This document shows positions 38,881 to 52,654 of a DNA stretch of 64,000 nucleotides, one piece after another; the stretch's first letter is position 1, and every line of letters starts with the position of its first letter. The DNA comes from Eledone cirrhosa (lineage: Eukaryota). The position numbers and the translations under genes are program-made. The notes under the pieces are model-generated. The model did not search any database. It was not told the origin of the DNA and saw only the letters and a list, made by a program, of their open reading frames with translations. The stretch is from the NCBI GenBank assembly GCA_964016885.1, contig OZ024755.1, positions 22,816,001 to 22,880,000 of the forward strand, written 5' to 3'.

Positions 38881-40785
38881 CACCGTTTACACCATCAACA
38901 CGTTGTTAACACTACCACCACCAACACTACTACCACCACCATGCACAGTATTGGAAGTCAGCTGCCCAGCAGATATAATACTGCCATTATCAACAACACT
39001 ACCACTACCAACAACACTACCATCTCCACCATTACCAACATCACCACCACCACCACCATTACCTACCACACCGCAACCATTACCCCCCCCCCCCTCAAAT
39101 AACTACCATCATTCCTACTACCAATAATCCCACACCAACACCACCTCCACCACTAACAACAACACCATAACCAGTATCCCCAAATGACTATTACCACGAT
39201 CATTGCTACTAACAGCCCACCCCTCAAACACCAGCATTACTGATACCATGCAAAACATTCTGCCATTTGGATGGCATTAAATCTGAAACTATCTTTGGAT
39301 TTGATTACACGGGTGTGCACGGAACCAATAAACACATTAACCATAATAACACACTATGTGCATGCATACATACATACACACATACATACATACATGCATC
39401 CATGCATATATACATACATACATGCATGCATGCAAGTCTTTTTAAAGTTTACACACACAAGCATGCATGCTCTTATACACAATGCATTTCCTATCTCAGT
39501 CATGTTGCTACAATAAGAATAATATCTTATAAGTAATATGCCATGGCTATAACAACAAAAGCATAAACTTCGAACTGATAAAGGGATTCTAGTCCCGAAA
39601 TATTAAGATATGTAAATAATATAACAGGTGACACACTCACATCTTCGTTGCCTTCAATTTATTACAAAATGTCAATTTTACATTGTCATATCGTTTATCT
39701 TACAAGTTGTTTGACTTCCATCATCTTCGACAACAAGTGCTCCTGTTGATTCAATCAACGGAACTACCTGCTTATGAAATTAACGTGTAAGTGACTGAGC
39801 ATTCCATAAAACATGTGCACCCTTAACATAAGTCTCAGGGTGATTCATGAGACTGTGACAAGGCTAGCCTCTTGAATTATTGGTACAACTTACTTTTAGT
39901 AACTGAGTGAACTGGAGCAACATGAAATAAAGTGTTGTGCACATAGAGACAATGTGCCAACCAGTCTGAGGATTGAACTCACAACCTGCTGATCATGAGT
40001 TGAACACCCTAACCACTAATCCAACCACATGCTCTGACAATATCTTACATATTCAATTCATTACTTAACATGGCTTGTTAGAGATATGGAATAGTTAGGG
40101 AAATCTAATCTTAAAATATTTGAACAAAGAAAGTGTTAATGAGAGACGAATTAAGCAGAAGAGTAGGCAATGTAACAGAAGTAGTGGGGGAAGTGTAATT
40201 AGATAAAACATATACAGCAGGGGGGATATATACATATATCATCATCATCATTATTTTTACATCTAATTTTCAAGGGTAGCAAGCATTAGATGGAACATTT
40301 TGAGGCAATGTTATGTAGCTGGATGCCTTTCCTGATGAAAGGCATACAGGCATAGAAAAGTTGCCAAAGGGTCAAGATGGGGGTTCAACAACCTCTCTAA
40401 TGTTGGTGACATGATAAAATGCTCCCCTCCCAGTACACTCTATAAAGTGGTTGGTGATAAGAAGGGCGTCTAGCCTAGAAAACATACCAAACAAAGGGTC
40501 AACATCCCCAGTACTGGTGCTATGATAAAATGAACACAGTACATCTAGTAGAGTTTAGGAATACATGTAAGCGAGATGTGACCCCAGCCCATCTGAGAGA
40601 TAATTGGCTCAGCCAACCCTCACTAGCAAATATGATGATAATGATAAGAACATGAAAGAACTAGAACTCGTAATGTGTCAGTTGATTTTTTTAGGATGCG
40701 TCTAAAATTTGAGTTTTACAGCTGCCCGATATCCCAGATATATGTATAATTATGTGCCACCATTCATATATATCATCATCATCAT

Positions 40786-40823
<38 letters not shown>

Positions 40824-40977
40824 ATAATAATAAATTTGAAGACTAAAATCCAAAGAGGGTTGCAACGTTTTTTGAAATATCCAGTTCTGCGTTTACAGAT
40901 TGACTTTGTTAGTTTCAGAAGATCCCGTTAAGGGTGAAAGCAGCGATTCTTTGCTTAAACTTTAATCTGTTATTTTA

Positions 40978-41047
<70 letters not shown>

Positions 41048-41069
41048 GTATACATACATACTTACATTT

Positions 41070-41124
<55 letters not shown>

Positions 41125-41782
41125 AATTTTAGTAAGTAAGTTAATTTTAGTAAGTAAGTTAATTTTATAATTTTCTTATTTTACGTCTCTCATATATATT
41201 TATATATATATATATATATTATATATATCTGCCACATGCCTGGATGTTTGCAATAAAGTAGACTTTCCTAAAGAATTTAGGAATTGATTAAATCAACCAC
41301 TCATGTAACGATTCATTAGCAGTAAGTAGTTGCTATGGTAGCTGTCCCCAAATATGTGCCTCAAATGGCTACATACCATCCGACTGTTTAAACAGAAGAC
41401 CATATCTTATATATACATATTTCTTCAGTTTCCATTAATTTCACAAAGTTTCCTATTCTCAAAAACAAAACAAGAATACAGAGAATGCAACAAAAAACAA
41501 ATCAAATTTCCTCTGTTGTAATTAATTTCATACTTAAAAGTGATTAACATTTCTCTTGATGTAATATTTTCTTAATATAATTGTTTCTACTTTAGGCACA
41601 AGGCCAGCAATTACCCAGTGCATTACTGGTACTTTATTTTATCGACCCCGTAAGGATGAAAGGCAAAGTCAACCTCGGCGGGATTTGAACTCAGATCGTA
41701 AAGGGACGTAACTATACTGGAAAGCATGGCGTCCGACCCTCTACTGATACTGCCAGTCCACCGCCCATTTTCTTAATATAAT

Positions 41783-42180
41783 CATCATCATCATCATCAT
41801 CAACGTTTAACGTCCGTGTTCCACGCTTGCATGGGTTTGGACGGGGGTATTTCCACTTGAGGCAAGAGTGATTGTCTTGCTCGCATAGGACTGTCTGGCA
41901 GGTTTTCTACAGTTGGATGCCCTTCCTAACACCAACCACATTTACAGTGTGGGACTGGGAGGTTTTTACCATGTTGCCTACACGGCCACATTACAGCGTG
42001 GACTGTGTGTTTTTTTGTCGTGACACCTACACGATCTCATTTGTTTCGGCCTGGATGTTGTGGCACCAACATAACTTTACATAGGAGGGGGTGGTGTGGA
42101 TGGGGGTGGTGGGACGGGGTTGTTAGAGATGCCTACTGGCTGTAGTAGGTTTTACTATGTATTTAGGTAAGGCGTAGTTG
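41783..42180 (-). mobile_element. RTE 3' end
   Basis: Reverse complement of the 60055-60466 region with (CAT)n tail; shorter similar pieces near 29310-29580 and 50570-50775. Confidence 0.8.
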
Positions 42181-42689
42181 GAAATTAATGGCTTTCATAT
42201 TTCAAATACATAAAGGATTGACAGTATCAGTAGAACGTCGGCATGTTCTGCTACATATAGTTACGGCCATTTACACTCTGAGTTGAAATCCCACTGAGGT
42301 TAGCTTTGCTTGTCATCCTTACAGGGTCGATAAGTTAAAGTACCAGTAATGCACTGGAGTTGATTTAATCGATTTTCCTCTCCCCCAAAATTGTTTGCCT
42401 TGTGCCCAAATCAAAAACTATATTTCAAATATATAAAGCTTAGAGACAATATAGAGTTGAGAGAACTCTCTAGTCATATGAGGGATACCAAGCAATCTCA
42501 CTAGTGCTGGAGACAACAATATTGGGTTGAGAGAACCCTTTAATCTTACCAAAGGTATGACAACCTCTCTAGTGAGGATGTCATGATAAAATGGACTCAG
42601 TACTATTTGCAAAGTAGTTGGTGTTAGGAATGACATCGAGCTGTAGAAACTATATCTAAAAATGGAATGTAAAAGTAAGTTTAGGGAAC

Positions 42690-43469
42690 TACTACCACTG
42701 CTAGCTGCAAAAGGCTTCTCCCTCAGAATGAAAGGCAGACTGTATGATGCGTGTATCCGAACAGCAATATTACATGGTAGTTAGACCTGGGCGCTGAAGG
42801 TGGATGATTTACGTAGATTAGAGAGAAATGAAGCCTGCATGCTCCGATGGATGTGTGATAGTAATATACGCGAACGACAAAGCATAAATGAATTGAGAGA
42901 GAGACTGAGCATAAGAGGAATCAAATGTTGTGTGCAGGAGAGGCGGATGCGTTGGTATGGACATGTGATGCGTATGAAGGATGACAGCTGCATAAAAAGG
43001 TGCAGAGCACTAGAAGTCGATGGAAACCGCGGAGTGGGGAGACCCAAGATGACCTGGGATGAGGTGATAAAAGCCGACCTTACCCAACTACACCTCTCAA
43101 AGACAATGACACACGACCGTGACTTCTGGCGTCATGCAGTAATACAGAGTACCCGACTTCCCATGGGTACATGCTGAAGCATATAAACAATATGCCCCCA
43201 CACCCCCCACCGCAAGGTGGTCGTGGAGGTGCCACGGCAAAAAAGCACCCAGCCCACACTGTAAAGTGGACGTGTAGGCGCCACGAAAAAGCACCCAGCA
43301 CTCACTGTAAATGAGGTTGGTGTTAGGAAGGGCATCCAGCTGTAGAAATCAAGCCAGATCAGTTCCTGTATGAGCAAGGCATGGTCAGCCGACCAGACAC
43401 TGCACACAACAGGACAACCCGTCTAACCCATGCTAGCGTGGAAGAACGGACGTAAAACGGTGATGATGA
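42690..43469 (+). mobile_element. 5'-truncated RTE copy (second subfamily)
   Basis: RRLERNEACMLRWMC..RMRWYGHVMR..GRPKMTWDE peptide, in-frame stop at 42782, 3' UTR with TGA tail. Confidence 0.9.
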
Positions 43470-43679
43470 AGTAAGGTTGGGTCTGCAAGACCATCTAGTG
43501 ATTAACAACTGACTTGGATCATGACAAACCATTCAATGCATGTCACCCCACCACCACCACCACCACCATCAGCAGCATGGACAAGGGATTTAAAATGATG
43601 TTGATGATAAAACTATCTTTCCTCATGCTAAGTGTTAGTAAAATAAGTACAGATCAAGTATAGGGATCAGTTTAATATA

Positions 43680-44010
43680 CAATGATACCCCAACTGATTC
43701 ATCTGTTGAACTTTCTCTTTTGGTTCCACATCATTCTGTGCCATCTCACCTAACACAAAACTCACAGTATCTTTATTTGGATGCTGTTGTGGTTCTACGA
43801 ATAAGGGAGTCTTTCTATGGTCCTAGCTTTTTCCCTCAAACTGCCAGACTTTAAAACTCACATCCATCTCATTGTTTCTCTCCTTATGACCTGAACTCTT
43901 TCAAGTCTAAATAAATTCATTCCCTTTGTTTTAATTTTTTCTTCTTCATAGTCCCTTACATTAAGTGGCTTCATGTCTTGGGACTTTCAAAAGACAAAAA
44001 AAAAAAAAAT
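43680..44010 (+). mobile_element. Degenerate CR1/Jockey-like LINE 3' end
   Basis: SFFPQTARL-NS-P..YDLNSFKSK-like remnant followed by poly(A). Confidence 0.5.
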
Positions 44011-45371
44011 GTGTGGCCTTGTGTCTAATTTAGAAACAATTATTGTATTTGTGGTCTATGAAGTTGTAATGTTTAGAAGCCCTTTCACAGTATAGACATA
44101 ATGTGTAAATACAAATATTTGCTAAGATGTAAGGGAGTTTTTAAAGATCAATGTTTTGCTCTTATTTCAGGAGGCTTTCCCTTTCACAATATAGACATAG
44201 TATTTAATTACAAATATTTGCTAAGATACAAAGAGCTTTTTAAGGGTCAGTACTTTCCTCTAATTTCATACTGTTAGCCCTTTCCTGATATAAACATAAT
44301 GTGTAACTATAAATATTTGCTAAGATCGAAAGATTTTTTTAAGGGTTGGTGCATTTCTTTGATTTTAGAGTGTTAGATATAAATCTTCCTAATTAGGAAG
44401 TTAGTATTCCTCATAAAACATTCTCAGATAATCTGTAATTTAATTCTAACAGCTAGGTAGGTAAACATGAGTGCGTGTGTATGTGGTGGGGGGTGGATTT
44501 AGTCAACTAACATAAATAGTGAAGGCACATGGCTTAGTAATTAGAGAATTGGATTTGCAATCATGAGGTTGCATGTTCGATTCCTGGACCGGGCTATGCA
44601 TTGTATCTTTGAACAAGATGGTTTACTTTATGTTGCTCTTTCTGCCAGAAGTTGCAACTGGTAGATATTATCAGCATTGGAAAGACCAATGAAAACATTG
44701 TTTCATTGGTCCGATTTGATTAGTAAGCACTCAGTAAGCAAATAAGGTCTGGGATTTTGTTGATTGCACCTTTAGACCCCAAAACAGAATGGAGGGATTT
44801 CAACTCAGAATGCGAAAAGATGCCACTAAATACTGCAAGAACACTTTCCTTTTCTATCATTCCATCAGTTAACAAAGAGCAAACCCTGTTGTGTTTGCTC
44901 AACCTGCTAGAGATAGCAGCCAAATTTCCCACAAATTACACTCAACTGTCTTATAAAAAGGAAGGAGACTTTGGTTGGGCACCACTGGAATACCTTTAAC
45001 TCTTAATAGCCTGTAACATATAAAACTGCATTAGCAAGATGTTCTTGAAGAGTACAGAACATAACATTGAAAGTTAAAGTGTTTAACACTGCAAATTTTC
45101 ACAAGGATCAGTCCACTAATAAAGATATAAACATTTGAATTAACAAACGTGTTTTTAGATATTTTCTGCTAAATCTTTGCAGGATGTTAAGAGATTAAGT
45201 TAGTTTGATCTGGGCTGACCTGAAGCTAAATCACCAACAAACAACAACCTATACTCAGAAGGATAGCTGTGAGATTAATAAGTAATAAGTTGATAAAATA
45301 ATGTAACAATCAAGTACTGGGTCAATATAATCAACTTTTCTCTTACCCCAAACTGCTACCTTTGTGCCTAA

Positions 45372-45652
45372 ATCAGAAGACTGCGATGGTATGGAAATGT
45401 GATGCGCATGGAGGATGACTGCTGGGTAAAGAAGTGCCAAGAAATGCCAGTTGAAGGAAGACGTAGTAGAGGAAGACCATGAAAAACATGGACGGAGGTG
45501 GTGAGAGCAGACCTCAGATCACTGAAGCTCACGGTGGAGATGACGAAGGACCGTGACAAGTGGAGAGATGCTGTGCTGAATAGGACCTGTCCCACCGTTG
45601 CAAGCAGGGAAAAGCGGACGTAAAATGATGATGATGATGATGATGATGATGA
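45372..45652 (+). mobile_element. Short RTE 3' fragment (third subfamily)
   Basis: RRLRWYGNVMRMEDDCWVKKC..GRP-KTW and (TGA)n tail. Confidence 0.8.
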
Positions 45653-46126
45653 TAAATTGTTGTGTAAATTGTATTGTTGTTGTGTTGGATGAGGGCAGTA
45701 AATTGGTAGTATTGATACATCATCGGACAACATGCTTCATGGCATAGAGTTACGGCCCTTTACATTCTGAGTTCAAATCCTGCCAAAGTAAGCTTTGCCT
45801 TTCATTTTTACGGGGTCTATAAAATAATGTACCAGTAATGCACCGGGGTTGATTTAATCGACTACTCCCCCCCCCCAATTGCTGGCCTTGCACCTAAATC
45901 AGAAAACATTATTATTGGCAGTATCGGCAGAGGGTCGGACATGCTTTCCAACATAGTTACGTCCCTTTATGATCTGAGTTCAAATCCCTCTAAGGTTAAC
46001 TTTGCCTTTCATCCTTACGGGGTTGATAAAAAAAAGTACCAGTAATGTACTGAGTACTTGCTGGCCTTGTGCCAAAAGTATAAACAATTATTATTATTAT
46101 TATTATTATTATTATCATCAATAGTA

Positions 46127-47829
46127 TTGACTCTCGAGCCATTACTGCACAAACTGGAGACGTTGAGGGGCGTCCCGCGCGAACTAGGATGCGGAAGATC
46201 CGTGTCAGCATATGCGGACGATGTCACCGTAGTGGTGTCGAACGCCAAACACATCGAGGCGATCGGCACTACACTAAGAGAATACGAAGCGGTGACAGGA
46301 GCAATGATCAACCAGGAAAAGTCAGTGGGCCGGCAGCTCAGCACCTGGAGAGGCAGGTCCATGCCGTCCAACAGCGTCGTCGGACGCTGGACGGATGGAC
46401 CGGTTAAATTGCTAGGGGTCTGGTTCGGTCCGGACCTCCAGACAGACAAAAACTGGGACGAGGTGATGAGCAGGGTGGCTTCTCTCACCCAGAAATGGGC
46501 GGAGAGGAAGCTATCCCTGAAAGGTCGAGCGGAGGTGGCTAACGCGTACATCGCGTCCATCATCTGCTACCACCAGACCGTCGTATCTTGTCCTAAGCCC
46601 CGCCTGACTGCGCTGGAGCGTTTGCTCTTTCGCTTTTTGTAGAAGGGACGCACTCCGATGGTCAGGCGGTCCATCTGTTGTCAACACCCGCTACGTGGAG
46701 GGCTGGGCATGCCGTGGCTGATGATGCGCAGACACGCGCTCAGGCTACGACATCTCCACCTCTTCCTCGACGGTGATCAGGTGTGGTCGCCGTTTGCTAG
46801 ACACGTCTTTCCCCAGCTCGTTTCCTTGACGGAGCTGCAGTCCTGGGTCAAGCGAAGACCGAGAAGGAGCGCTTGGAGACTGGAATGTCTTCAGGCGCTC
46901 ACAGCCCTCGACCAATCGGGCAATGTGATCGGTGGAAACTCCACCTCGGCGTTCTATAGAGGATTAGTGGAGGGAAGAGCGACGACGTACTTGGGGAAAC
47001 TCTAGGCGTCGACGAAAATCAACTAGCCAATCTCTTCAGAAGAAATTTTGGGCCGGGGCCTATGGACAACTTCCAGAAATCCCTGGCCTGGCAGTGCTAC
47101 CGAGGAGCCTTGCCAGTTCGGGATAAACTCTACAGGTATGGAGGTGCCGTCAGCCGGGCATGTCCGAGATGCGCGCAGGGCGACGAAACCGTCCTGCACG
47201 CACTCGTCCAGTGTCCGAGCATTGCTGACTTGTGGGTTTATGTCGAACACCTGGTGTCGCATGTAGAACGGATCCGACTATCAGCTGAGTCCATCGTGAG
47301 GATTGCCCCACCCTCTTCCTTTAGCCGGGAAGGGCAGGCAGTTTTTATCTGTCATGGCGAAAGAGATAGTATGGTGGACTCGTTTGAAAGGGCTGAAGAC
47401 GAGCACTTACCTCTTCGGTGATGCCCTGATTGACTTTTTCAAATTTCATTTGAAAAGGAAAATCAGAGTAGAGAGGGAAGTGCTCTCTTCCCAGCTTTTT
47501 GTTGAAAGATGGGTGAGAGAAGCAAGAATGGCCCGAGTGAATGGGCCTACTCTGAGTATGTGTCTGTAAATTAAAGGTGGAAAACTGGGAGAGGGCACTT
47601 GCCTTGGTGGTCAGGGTCACTGTGGCCTTTTAATGGGCTTTCTCCACAAATGTCCCTCCCAAATCTCCCCCCTATTGGGGAATTTTTCATTGTTATTTTT
47701 TTGTTACATCCTCTGTTTTTGATTTTTACACGCAGAAATGCCCATTTGTACCGTCCTGTATTGTCCTGCACTGTCCCTAATGTCTACTTTATGTAAACCC
47801 TTGTGGTTAATAAAGAAATCATTATTATT
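46127..47829 (+). mobile_element. 5'-truncated Tx1/L1-clade LINE (RT C-terminus and CCHC zinc finger), degenerate
   Basis: SAYADD, KLLGVWFG, KLSLKGRAEVAN, CPRCAQGDETVLHALVQC; stops and frameshifts; AATAAA then (ATT)n; ATCAATAGTA repeated at 46117 and 47830 (likely TSD). Confidence 0.9.
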
Positions 47830-47834
47830 ATCAA

Positions 47835-47885
<51 letters not shown>

Positions 47886-48189
47886 AAGAAAATGAGATTA
47901 AGAAAAATCAAGGCAATGCTTTATGTTTATAATATGATGTATTTTTATCCAAATATCTAAATTATATAAATAGTTTGTGGTTAGCAGACGATGTTGGTGG
48001 CTGGTGGTGGTGGTGGGGTTGGAAGTGTTGCTTGCTTGGTGTGGTAGTGATGATGGTGGTGAAGAAGATCGTTGTTGATGGAGGTGGGGATGATGGGTAG
48101 TGATGGTGGTAGTAGTGTTGACAGTAGTAGTAGTGGTGGTGGTAGTAGTGTTGATAGTGGTAGTGGTGATGGTAGTGGTGATAGTTGTA

Positions 48190-48945
48190 ATGTTGATAGT
48201 GCTGGTGGAGGTAGCAGTATAGATGATAGGGGTAGTGGTGGTGGTAGTGGTGGTGGTAGTGGTGGTGGTGGTAGCAGTATAGATGATAGGGGTAGTGGTG
48301 GTGGTGGTAGCAGTATAGATGATAGGGGTAGTGGTGGTGGTTGTGCTGGTGGAGGTAGCAGTATAGATGATAGGGGTAGTGGTGGTGGTGGTAGCAGTAT
48401 AGATGATAGGGGTAGTGGTGGTGGTAGTGCTGGTGGTGGTAGCAGTATAGATGATAGGGGTAGTGGTGGTGGTAGTGCTGGTGGTGGTAGCAGTATAGAT
48501 GATAGGGGTAGTGGTGGTGGTAGTGCTGGTGGAGGTAGCAGTATAGATGATAGGGGTAGTGGTGGTGGTAGTGCTGGTGGTGGTAGCAGTATAGATGATA
48601 GGGGTAGTGGTGGTGGTAGTGCTGGTGGAGGTAGCAGTATAGATGATAGGGGTAGTGGTGGTGGTAGTGCTGGTGGAGGTAGCAGTATAGATGATAGGGG
48701 TAGTGGTGGTGGTAGTGCTGGTGGAGGTAGCAGTATAGATGATAGGGGTAGTGGTGGTGGTAGTGCTGGTGGTGGTAGCAGTATAGATGATAGGGGTAGT
48801 GGTGGTGGTAGTGTTGGTGGTGGTAGCAGTATAGATGATAGGGGTAGTGGTGGTGGTAGCAGTATAGATGATAGGGGTAGTGGTGGTGGTAGTGCTGGTG
48901 GTGGTAGCAGCATAGATGATAGGGGTAGTGGTGGTGGTAGTAGTG
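48190..48945. repeat. G-rich minisatellite (~39-48 bp units)
   Basis: GGTAGCAGTATAGATGATAGGGGTAGT(GGT)n units in tandem. Confidence 0.92.
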
Positions 48946-49544
48946 GTAATGATGAGAGAAGGTAGGGTTTCTATGACATTTTAAGAAGAATGCCATTATA
49001 ACCCAAATTTTACAACCCCCTCCTAGCACTGCACTCCCCACCCCCACCTCTGAAATATTATTATTATCTCAAGGCAGGAAACACAATGCAGAAAATAAAC
49101 TTCTGGAAAAATGTTTGGCATTCATTTGTCGCCTGCCAGCAGAGTTGGACGGGGGCAGAAGTGAGAGAAGGAGTCTTCACTTGAAAAATGAATTATTTAG
49201 GAACTGTTAGAAGAAACCTTTTTTTTTTAAAAATTGAGGTTGGTGGTGAGAGGGGAATGGTATCAGAACTGTTAAGGGTAGGTAACTTGGCAACATAGAC
49301 ATTTCCTCTTCTTTGAGAAAACTGACGGAAATAACTCTCAACAAGCGAAATACCTTTAGTAATAGACAACGCTATCTCCTTTATTAGACAAGTGAAGTAC
49401 TTGCTTTGATACCTTAGGTTTCCATTTTCAAATACATCAGCAGAGCTTAACTTTAGCAGAACAAAATATAGATTTCGAAATACTCAATTTGGGTTAACCC
49501 TTTTGACATAACCCACCTGAAACTGCTCAAGTTTTAATATTTAA

Positions 49545-49776
49545 CCCTTTCATGACCACATTTCTAATGAAATACAGTTTATTTTAATTAACTAATAAAG
49601 AATTTTGAGGGATTTACTAAAATTATTTATTATTACATTACTAAGATAGTAACTTAATTTAAGGTTCCTATATAAAATTATGTTAGAAGACTTTAATTTA
49701 AATTGGAAACCTTTAAAATGTGTGGTTTTATTTCATAGAACCAAAGCCGGTTTTGCCTGGGTTGGTAACTAAAGGG
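49545..49776. mobile_element. piggyBac-like MITE, second family
   Basis: TTAA-CCCTTT...AAAGGG-TTGA; an interrupted copy spans about 1684-3278. Confidence 0.65.
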
Positions 49777-50009
49777 TTGAAAAGAAAATGCCTATTATAA
49801 AATGCTCATACTTGTATTTAAATCTTCCATCAAAATTTTATTCAATTTCTATTGAGTAGTGTTCCAAATATCAACTTATTAATTAAAATGTTAGTTATTT
49901 TATTGAACTCCACAAAACTTTTTATTATTTTCAAAACTTATTGAAACATGGTCAAGGGTTGGCTGAAAAGTTCATAGGCCGACTATGAAGAAGTGATATT
50001 AGAGCTTGT

Positions 50010-50345
50010 AGGTGTCACGACAAAAAGCACTCAGTCAACACAGTAAAGTGGTCATGTAGGTGTCCCAACAAAAAGTGCACAGCTCACACTGTAAAGTGGT
50101 TGTGCAGGTATCTTGACAAAAAGCACCCAAACTACACTGTAAAGTGGTCATGTAGGTGTCCTAACAAAAAGTGCACAGCTCACACTGTAAAGTGGTTGTG
50201 TAGGTATCTTGACAAAAAGCACCCAACCTACACTGTAAAGTGGTCATGTAGGTGTCCCAACAAAAAGTGCACAGCTCACACTGTAAAGTGGTTGTGTACG
50301 TATCTTGACAAAAAGCACCCAACCCCCAACCTACACTGTAAAGTT
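50010..50345 (+). repeat. Tandem expansion of the ~39-bp RTE 3' UTR module
   Basis: Alternating CACACTGTAAAGTGGTCATGTAGG.. and ..GTGGTTGTG..TATCTTGAC units, continuing into an RTE tail. Confidence 0.8.
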
Positions 50346-51666
50346 ATCATTTTGCTGCCACAATAAAAAACACCCAGTACACACTATAAATGTGGTTGGC
50401 AATAGGAAGGGCATCCAGCCATAGAAACCAAGCCCAAATCACTTCTGTATGAGCAAGACATAGTCATCTGATCTGGTTTGACTCACAAGACAACTTGTCC
50501 AACCCATGCCAGCATAGAAAAATGGACGTTAAACGGTGAAGATGTTGACAGGCATATATATATATCAACATCATCATCATCATCATTGTTTAATGTCCAT
50601 CTTTCATGCCACCATAGGTTGGACAGGTTTGTCCTACTTGAGGCAAGATTGGTCAGGTGACTGTGTCTCGCTCGTACAGAACTGTTTTTGGCAGGTTTTC
50701 TACGGCTGGATGCCCTTCCTAACACTAACCATATTTACAGTGTGGACTGGGAGCCTTTTTACCGTGTCTCCTACATATATTTCTCTGAGAGAGAGATTGA
50801 TAGACATAGACATAGATCATCATCATCATCATCATCATAATTTTACGTCCGCTTTTCCCTGCTTGCAAGGGTGGGACGAGAACTGATTCTGGCTTGATTT
50901 CTACAGCTGGATGCCCTTCCTAACACCAACCTCATTTACAGTGAGTGCTGGGTGCTTTTTTGCTGTGGCACCTCCATGACCACTTTGCAGTGGAATGATA
51001 GGGACCCCAGTCCCTATCATCTCATTTCTACAGCTGAGTAAACTGGAGCAATGTGAAATAAAGTGTCTTGCTCAAGGAAACAACACATCACCTGGTCTGA
51101 GAATTGAACATTGCAAGGCCAATGCTCTAACCACTAAGCCATGTGCCTCCAAAGTTATAGATATAAATGTGTGTATGTGTGTATATCATCCAACAATTGT
51201 CTTTCATAACATGAAGATATTTCTAATAATTTGCTGCTATAGAATATTTGTCTTATCTTTCTCACATGTCATTAAAAATAAGCAAACTCCTAACAAACTA
51301 AAAAAGCTTGTCATCAAATAGAATTATTCACAACCATAACTTATAATTATATATTTTATTACAGACAAGAAACAGCTTTTTATTTTTGTCTGTCTCACTC
51401 AGTATTGGATTGGTCATAATAAAATATTCCTTTCATAAAAAAATGCGTTTGTTTACAATTTATAGATTCTGGTGAGATAAAAAGCATAGCGGCAGAAAAA
51501 CAGAATTTAAAATACTGCACAGTTTGTAAATTTGGTTAGGTCCATATCTTGAGGAGAGACAAGAATAATACAGATATTATGAAGAGAGGGGAGGATTGAG
51601 GGAGGAGGACTGGGAGAGAGAGAGAGAGAAGGAGGGAGAGAGGAGGGGGAGGGTGAACATTAAGTA

Positions 51667-51702
<36 letters not shown>

Positions 51703-52598
51703 CCTCAGAAGCTGATCAATGATTCTCAGATATGTTGCAACTAAAAACCAGTATATATAAATATTACATATTAAATATATCGGTTAACAAGCTGTTTAAT
51801 TAATTACAGCTGCTTTAATGAAAAACTTCAACTTAAGGTATGTAATTATTATTTTATTGAAATAATTAATTACAAAGGCAGGCTTGTTTGATTTTTATTA
51901 TGTGTTGATGTCTATGTAAATGTATGAGAAGGTGCTAAAAAGTTCATAGGCCGACTATGAAGGCGTGATGCTAGAGCTGTGAAATCTTTGCATGCATTAA
52001 TCATTAATTCCAACTCTTTTTAAAAACTGCATTGTTTCTTTTCAGGGACTATATTAAAAAATAAGCCTGAGAGTATCTTGGTCAGCCTATGAACTTTTCT
52101 GCCTATAAACTTTTCAGCTGACCCTTGTACACAGTTTTTTCTATATCCTGTGCAATTCGTGGTTTCTTTTCTTTTCTTTGAGGGCTTTATTAATTAGTTT
52201 AGAATAATTAGCATATTTTGTTGTCAAGGGGTATAGCAACTTCTCTAGTGTTGGTACTTCGATAAAATGCACCCAGTACACTCTGTAAAGTGGTTGGTGA
52301 TGGGAAGGGTATCCAGCCATAGAAAACTTGCAGAGTCAAACAAAGGGTTGAGAGGACTCTTTAGTTATGTCAAAGAACCTAGTACTGGTGTGATAATGAT
52401 GGAATTCTCCCAATGTACTTAGTAGAGTGTTGGAACATATGTAAGCAAGATACAGCCTCTGGCCCATTTGAGAAGTTAGTGGCTTTGATTAAGTACTGAC
52501 TTGGCCAGTAATGATCCATCCAACCCTTGCAAAGAGGGAAAAGGGACGTTAAATGATGATGATGATGATGATAATGGTAATGATGATGGTGGTGGTGG

Positions 52599-52654
<56 letters not shown>

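Noticed and set aside
38240-39127. 295-aa Thr/Asn-rich mucin-like ORF
   Set aside because: Translation of a triplet-based minisatellite, open on both strands, with no splice or domain support
39575-39600. CTGATAA-a-GGGAT-tcta-GTCCC-GAAA
   Set aside because: Possible decayed hammerhead, but G8 is mutated and stems I and III are not recoverable; similar weak traces near 25610, 30985 and 40916 were not annotated
40320-40350. CCTGATGAAAGGCAT as a hammerhead core
   Set aside because: Junction of two inverted RTE 3' UTR fragments with no ribozyme stems
47962-49047. Long His/Tyr-, Pro/Leu- and Gly/Ser-rich ORFs
   Set aside because: Several frames are open only because the minisatellite unit lengths are multiples of three
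50010-50345. CRISPR-like periodic repeats
   Set aside because: Eukaryotic context, no unique spacers and no cas genes; the units derive from the RTE 3' UTR
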